This document shows positions 61,616 to 64,000 of a DNA stretch of 64,000 nt, one piece after another. The DNA is taken from the NCBI GenBank assembly GCA_942493145.1, contig OW818679.1:399566-463565 (forward strand), read 5' to 3'. The translations under genes and the position numbers were made by a program. Position 1 is the stretch's first letter, and each line of letters begins with the position of its first letter. The stretch comes from an uncultured Bacillota bacterium. Lineage in GTDB: Bacteria; Bacillota; Clostridia; Acetivibrionales; DTU013. Under the pieces are notes generated by a model. That model did no database searches. It was not told the DNA's origin and saw only the letters and a list, made by a program, of their open reading frames with translations.

Positions 61616-63151
61616 ATGAAAAGGATTTTTAAAACAACAATATGTATTTTAATAGCGACGGTTATGCTTCTGACAGCTCCAGCCGGCATTGTGCTGGCGA
61701 GGGAGGGCGATTCGGGCTATGAAGGAGGCATATCGAGCGGTGAAACAGCCGGAAAGACCATTTTCGATTATCAGGAGGTTTGCTTCATTACGGGTGAGCC
61801 CATTGTATTGAAAGGGACACTGAAAATAACAAAACAGCTTAAATCGGACAAGATCACATCGACCTATACCTATACTCTGAAGAATATTGATAAAGGCGCG
61901 GCCCTCACAAGGATATTGTATTTTACGACAACACTAACAACCAAGGAAAACGGACAGATCGTTGAGACTACAGCCCTGACGAAAGCCGGTACCGAAACGA
62001 TAAAAATCGGAGACACCACATATACCCTTAAGAAGGATTATGACTTTACCAGAACATGTCTGGTCGATCCGCAGCCTGCCGTAAATTATTACGCAGGTAA
62101 CATATGGAGCAAAAAGGTATATACCACAGGGGCCACAGCCTCGGGAGGGACGGTCACCATAGAGGCAACGGGCAGCTTTTATGGATATGACCAGTACTGG
62201 GGTACTACTGAATTCGAAAGTATAAACTATATTATCGAAAGCGAGAAAAGGGAAAGCGGAGCGGCTGATAAATGGGGCGGTACCGCAAGGGTTAACCTGT
62301 CCTCCTCTACAACCAGGCAATTGAAGTATATTGAAAATGAGCCGGAGGAAATAAGCTTTGAAGGAGGTTACCTGCAGTCCCAATATAACCAGAACATTCT
62401 TGAATATTCCAGCAGGTTGCCAGAGTTTGATACAAAGGGCATTTCAACCGACAAGACGCAGAGCTACTCCGGAAGTCTCGAAATAGAGACATTCCCTGTT
62501 CAGACAAGGCTGCCGGCAACAGATCTCAGCAGCATACGTGGACATTGGGCGGAGGATGAGATAAAGCTGATGTTTGGCCTTGAAGTATACGGTGGAAGCG
62601 GGAGCAGCTTTAAACCTGACCAGTATATTACCAGAGCTGAGTTTGCAGCAGCTATTACAAAGGCGGCAAGGGAAGTGCCGGCAGACCCTGCCCTGGCATC
62701 CAGGGTCGCAACGACCAGAACAACGAAAAAAACTACCGTAATATCGCCTTTTGATGACGTATCCATAGATAACATGTATTTCGAACAGATTAACAGCGCT
62801 TTTAAAAGAGGATTGATCGCCGGAAAGGGCGAGTACACTTTCGGACCGAATGAAAGCATTACACTGGCTGATGCACTTACAATATTCATAAGGGCGTTGG
62901 GCCTTGAATCAATGGCACCTTCCCCTGTTGCCGTAACAAGCTTCAGGGATAACGGCTCAATTCCTGCAAGCGCCAGGAATGCAGCCTATGTTGCTGAAAA
63001 GATAGGTTTGATACAGGGGGATACAAAAGGATATCTGAAACCAAATGAAAGACTGACAAAAGCCAGGACTGCAGTTTTAATCAAACGTCTCATTAATTAT
63101 ATGCAGGATGGATTGCAGGAAGAGTATGGAAGTCGCATGGTGAATTACTGA
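61616..63151 (+). CDS. Secreted protein with unknown N-terminal domain and three C-terminal SLH domains
   Basis: The signal peptide is MKRIFKTTICILIATVMLLTAPAGIVLA. The C-terminal SLH motifs are IRGHWAEDEIKLMFGLEVYGG...ITRAEFAAAITKA, FDDVSIDNMYFEQINSAFKRGLIAG and LTKARTAVLIKRL. The RBS GGGGGA precedes the ATG at 61616. Confidence 0.8.
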   Translation: MKRIFKTTICILIATVMLLTAPAGIVLAREGDSGYEGGISSGETAGKTIFDYQEVCFITGEPIVLKGTLKITKQLKSDKITSTYTYTLKNIDKGAALTRILYFTTTLTTKENGQIVETTALTKAGTETIKIGDTTYTLKKDYDFTRTCLVDPQPAVNYYAGNIWSKKVYTTGATASGGTVTIEATGSFYGYDQYWGTTEFESINYIIESEKRESGAADKWGGTARVNLSSSTTRQLKYIENEPEEISFEGGYLQSQYNQNILEYSSRLPEFDTKGISTDKTQSYSGSLEIETFPVQTRLPATDLSSIRGHWAEDEIKLMFGLEVYGGSGSSFKPDQYITRAEFAAAITKAAREVPADPALASRVATTRTTKKTTVISPFDDVSIDNMYFEQINSAFKRGLIAGKGEYTFGPNESITLADALTIFIRALGLESMAPSPVAVTSFRDNGSIPASARNAAYVAEKIGLIQGDTKGYLKPNERLTKARTAVLIKRLINYMQDGLQEEYGSRMVNY

Positions 63152-63230
63152 TCTGACTCTTATGGTTGCATGGGATCAATTCCACAACTGCCCAAAAGTG
63201 TAACGTATTACAATATAAAAAAATGTTTTG

Positions 63231-63266
63231 AATAGGCGTAAAATTTACGCCTATTGTAATTTGTTT
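63231..63266 (+). terminator. Rho-independent terminator after the SLH gene pair
   Basis: AATAGGCGTA pairs with TACGCCTATT, followed by a T-rich tract. Confidence 0.65.
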
Positions 63267-63324
63267 GTGGTAGAATTATTTAGTCAGGGTTTAAAGCCTA
63301 ATTGAATTATAAAGGGGAATATTT

Positions 63325-64000
63325 GTGAGACATTTTAGAAAACAGTCAATTAAAAAAATCACTCTGTCCGTGATCCTGGTTTTCTGTATTATCTTTTCAC
63401 AAACTGCACTTATATACGCGGAGGCGGCTGTAGAAGCTGACACCGAGTATCTCAGAACAATTTTAGAATTTATTGATGATAAATATAAGGGAACACCGAT
63501 TGATGATCAGCTTATGGAAGGTGCCCTCAGGGGGTTGTTTAACTCTCTTGATCCTTACAGTACATATTTTTCACCAGAAGAAGCAGAGGATTATTATAGC
63601 GCAGTCGGTGGTACATACTCCGGTATCGGAATTGTAATGGAACTTAGTGGCGAATATGTCGAGGTATCGAAGGTTTATGAAGATTCGCCTGCAGAACTGG
63701 CTGGATTACTGCAGTTGGATAAGATAGTAGAGGTAGATGGCACAAGTATGATTGGTAAAACCATTGAAGAAGTCCACTCTGCAATCGTAGGGGAGACTGG
63801 ATCCAAGGTACAGATTGGTATTTCGAGAAAAGGCGCTGAAAGTACCATATATTTCGATTTGACCAGGGATGTCATAAAAGAAAACCCAATTACTTACATA
63901 ATCAAAGATGAAGTAGGCTACATCAAACTGGCTACGTTCAATTATCATACAGATACTTATCTGACTGAAGCGTTAAAAGCTATGGATGAAGCTGGGAAAA
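63325..64000 (+). CDS. S41 family C-terminal processing peptidase (PDZ-containing), 3' end beyond window
   Basis: The GTG start at 63325 follows AAAGGGGA. The signal peptide is KITLSVILVFCIIFSQTALIYA. The S41 N-terminal helix motif is ALRGLFNSLDPYSTYFSPEE. The PDZ region is GIGIVMEL...V.KVYEDSPAELAGLLQLDKIVEVDG. The frame is open to the window end, so it is not in the ORF track. Confidence 0.8.
   Translation, partial: MRHFRKQSIKKITLSVILVFCIIFSQTALIYAEAAVEADTEYLRTILEFIDDKYKGTPIDDQLMEGALRGLFNSLDPYSTYFSPEEAEDYYSAVGGTYSGIGIVMELSGEYVEVSKVYEDSPAELAGLLQLDKIVEVDGTSMIGKTIEEVHSAIVGETGSKVQIGISRKGAESTIYFDLTRDVIKENPITYIIKDEVGYIKLATFNYHTDTYLTEALKAMDEAGK

Overview
This is a 64-kb chromosomal segment from a Clostridia-class Firmicute, mid-40s % GC by eye. 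No rRNA or tRNA genes, CRISPR arrays, transposases or integrases were found. The window splits into three zones.

**Zone 1 (1-22 kb): intact housekeeping block.** It carries tyrA-aroF on the minus strand, an EF-G paralog and a DUF4349 lipoprotein. Then comes the class III heat-shock operon ctsR-mcsA-mcsB-clpC with a textbook CtsR operator. A divergent processive GT2 / GH15 pair sits between clpC and radA. This is followed by radA-disA, carD, yacL (PIN/TRAM), ispD and a NatAB-like ABC exporter.

**Zone 2 (22-49 kb): a decay zone.**
- After a GC-rich 17-bp tandem repeat and an intact low-GC esterase gene, a complete seven-gene sugar locus is shredded by frameshifts and stops. The locus is SBP, YesM-like kinase, YesN-like regulator, LplB/LplC-type permeases, LplA-type SBP and a GH94 cellobiose phosphorylase.
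- Further broken genes are a T-box-controlled archaeal-type proS, a CAP/SH3 protein, an RluA-family synthase, a peptidoglycan-binding protein behind a c-di-AMP (ydaO-type) riboswitch, a membrane protein, sleB, a small ORF and a TrxB-like reductase.
- The interleaved Tex gene and a divergent IspF homolog remain intact. A GGDEF/HD-GYP gene is intact except for one frameshift at its extreme 3' end.

**Zone 3 (49-64 kb): intact again.** It carries a CoADR-rhodanese-TusA-DsrE fusion plus an ArsR regulator, then GerM-like, PrsW and ddl. Next come DUF1934-argS and an MBL hydrolase. It ends with two large SLH cell-surface proteins and a partial S41 protease.

**Most notable observations.**
- The selective, indel-dominated decay of accessory genes.
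- The IspF paralog, which lacks a zinc ligand and is split from ispD.
- Intact RNA leaders in front of dead or damaged genes.
- The sulfur-trafficking fusion module.
- The uncharacterised SLH pair.

All family assignments come from motif recognition by eye. No database search was run.
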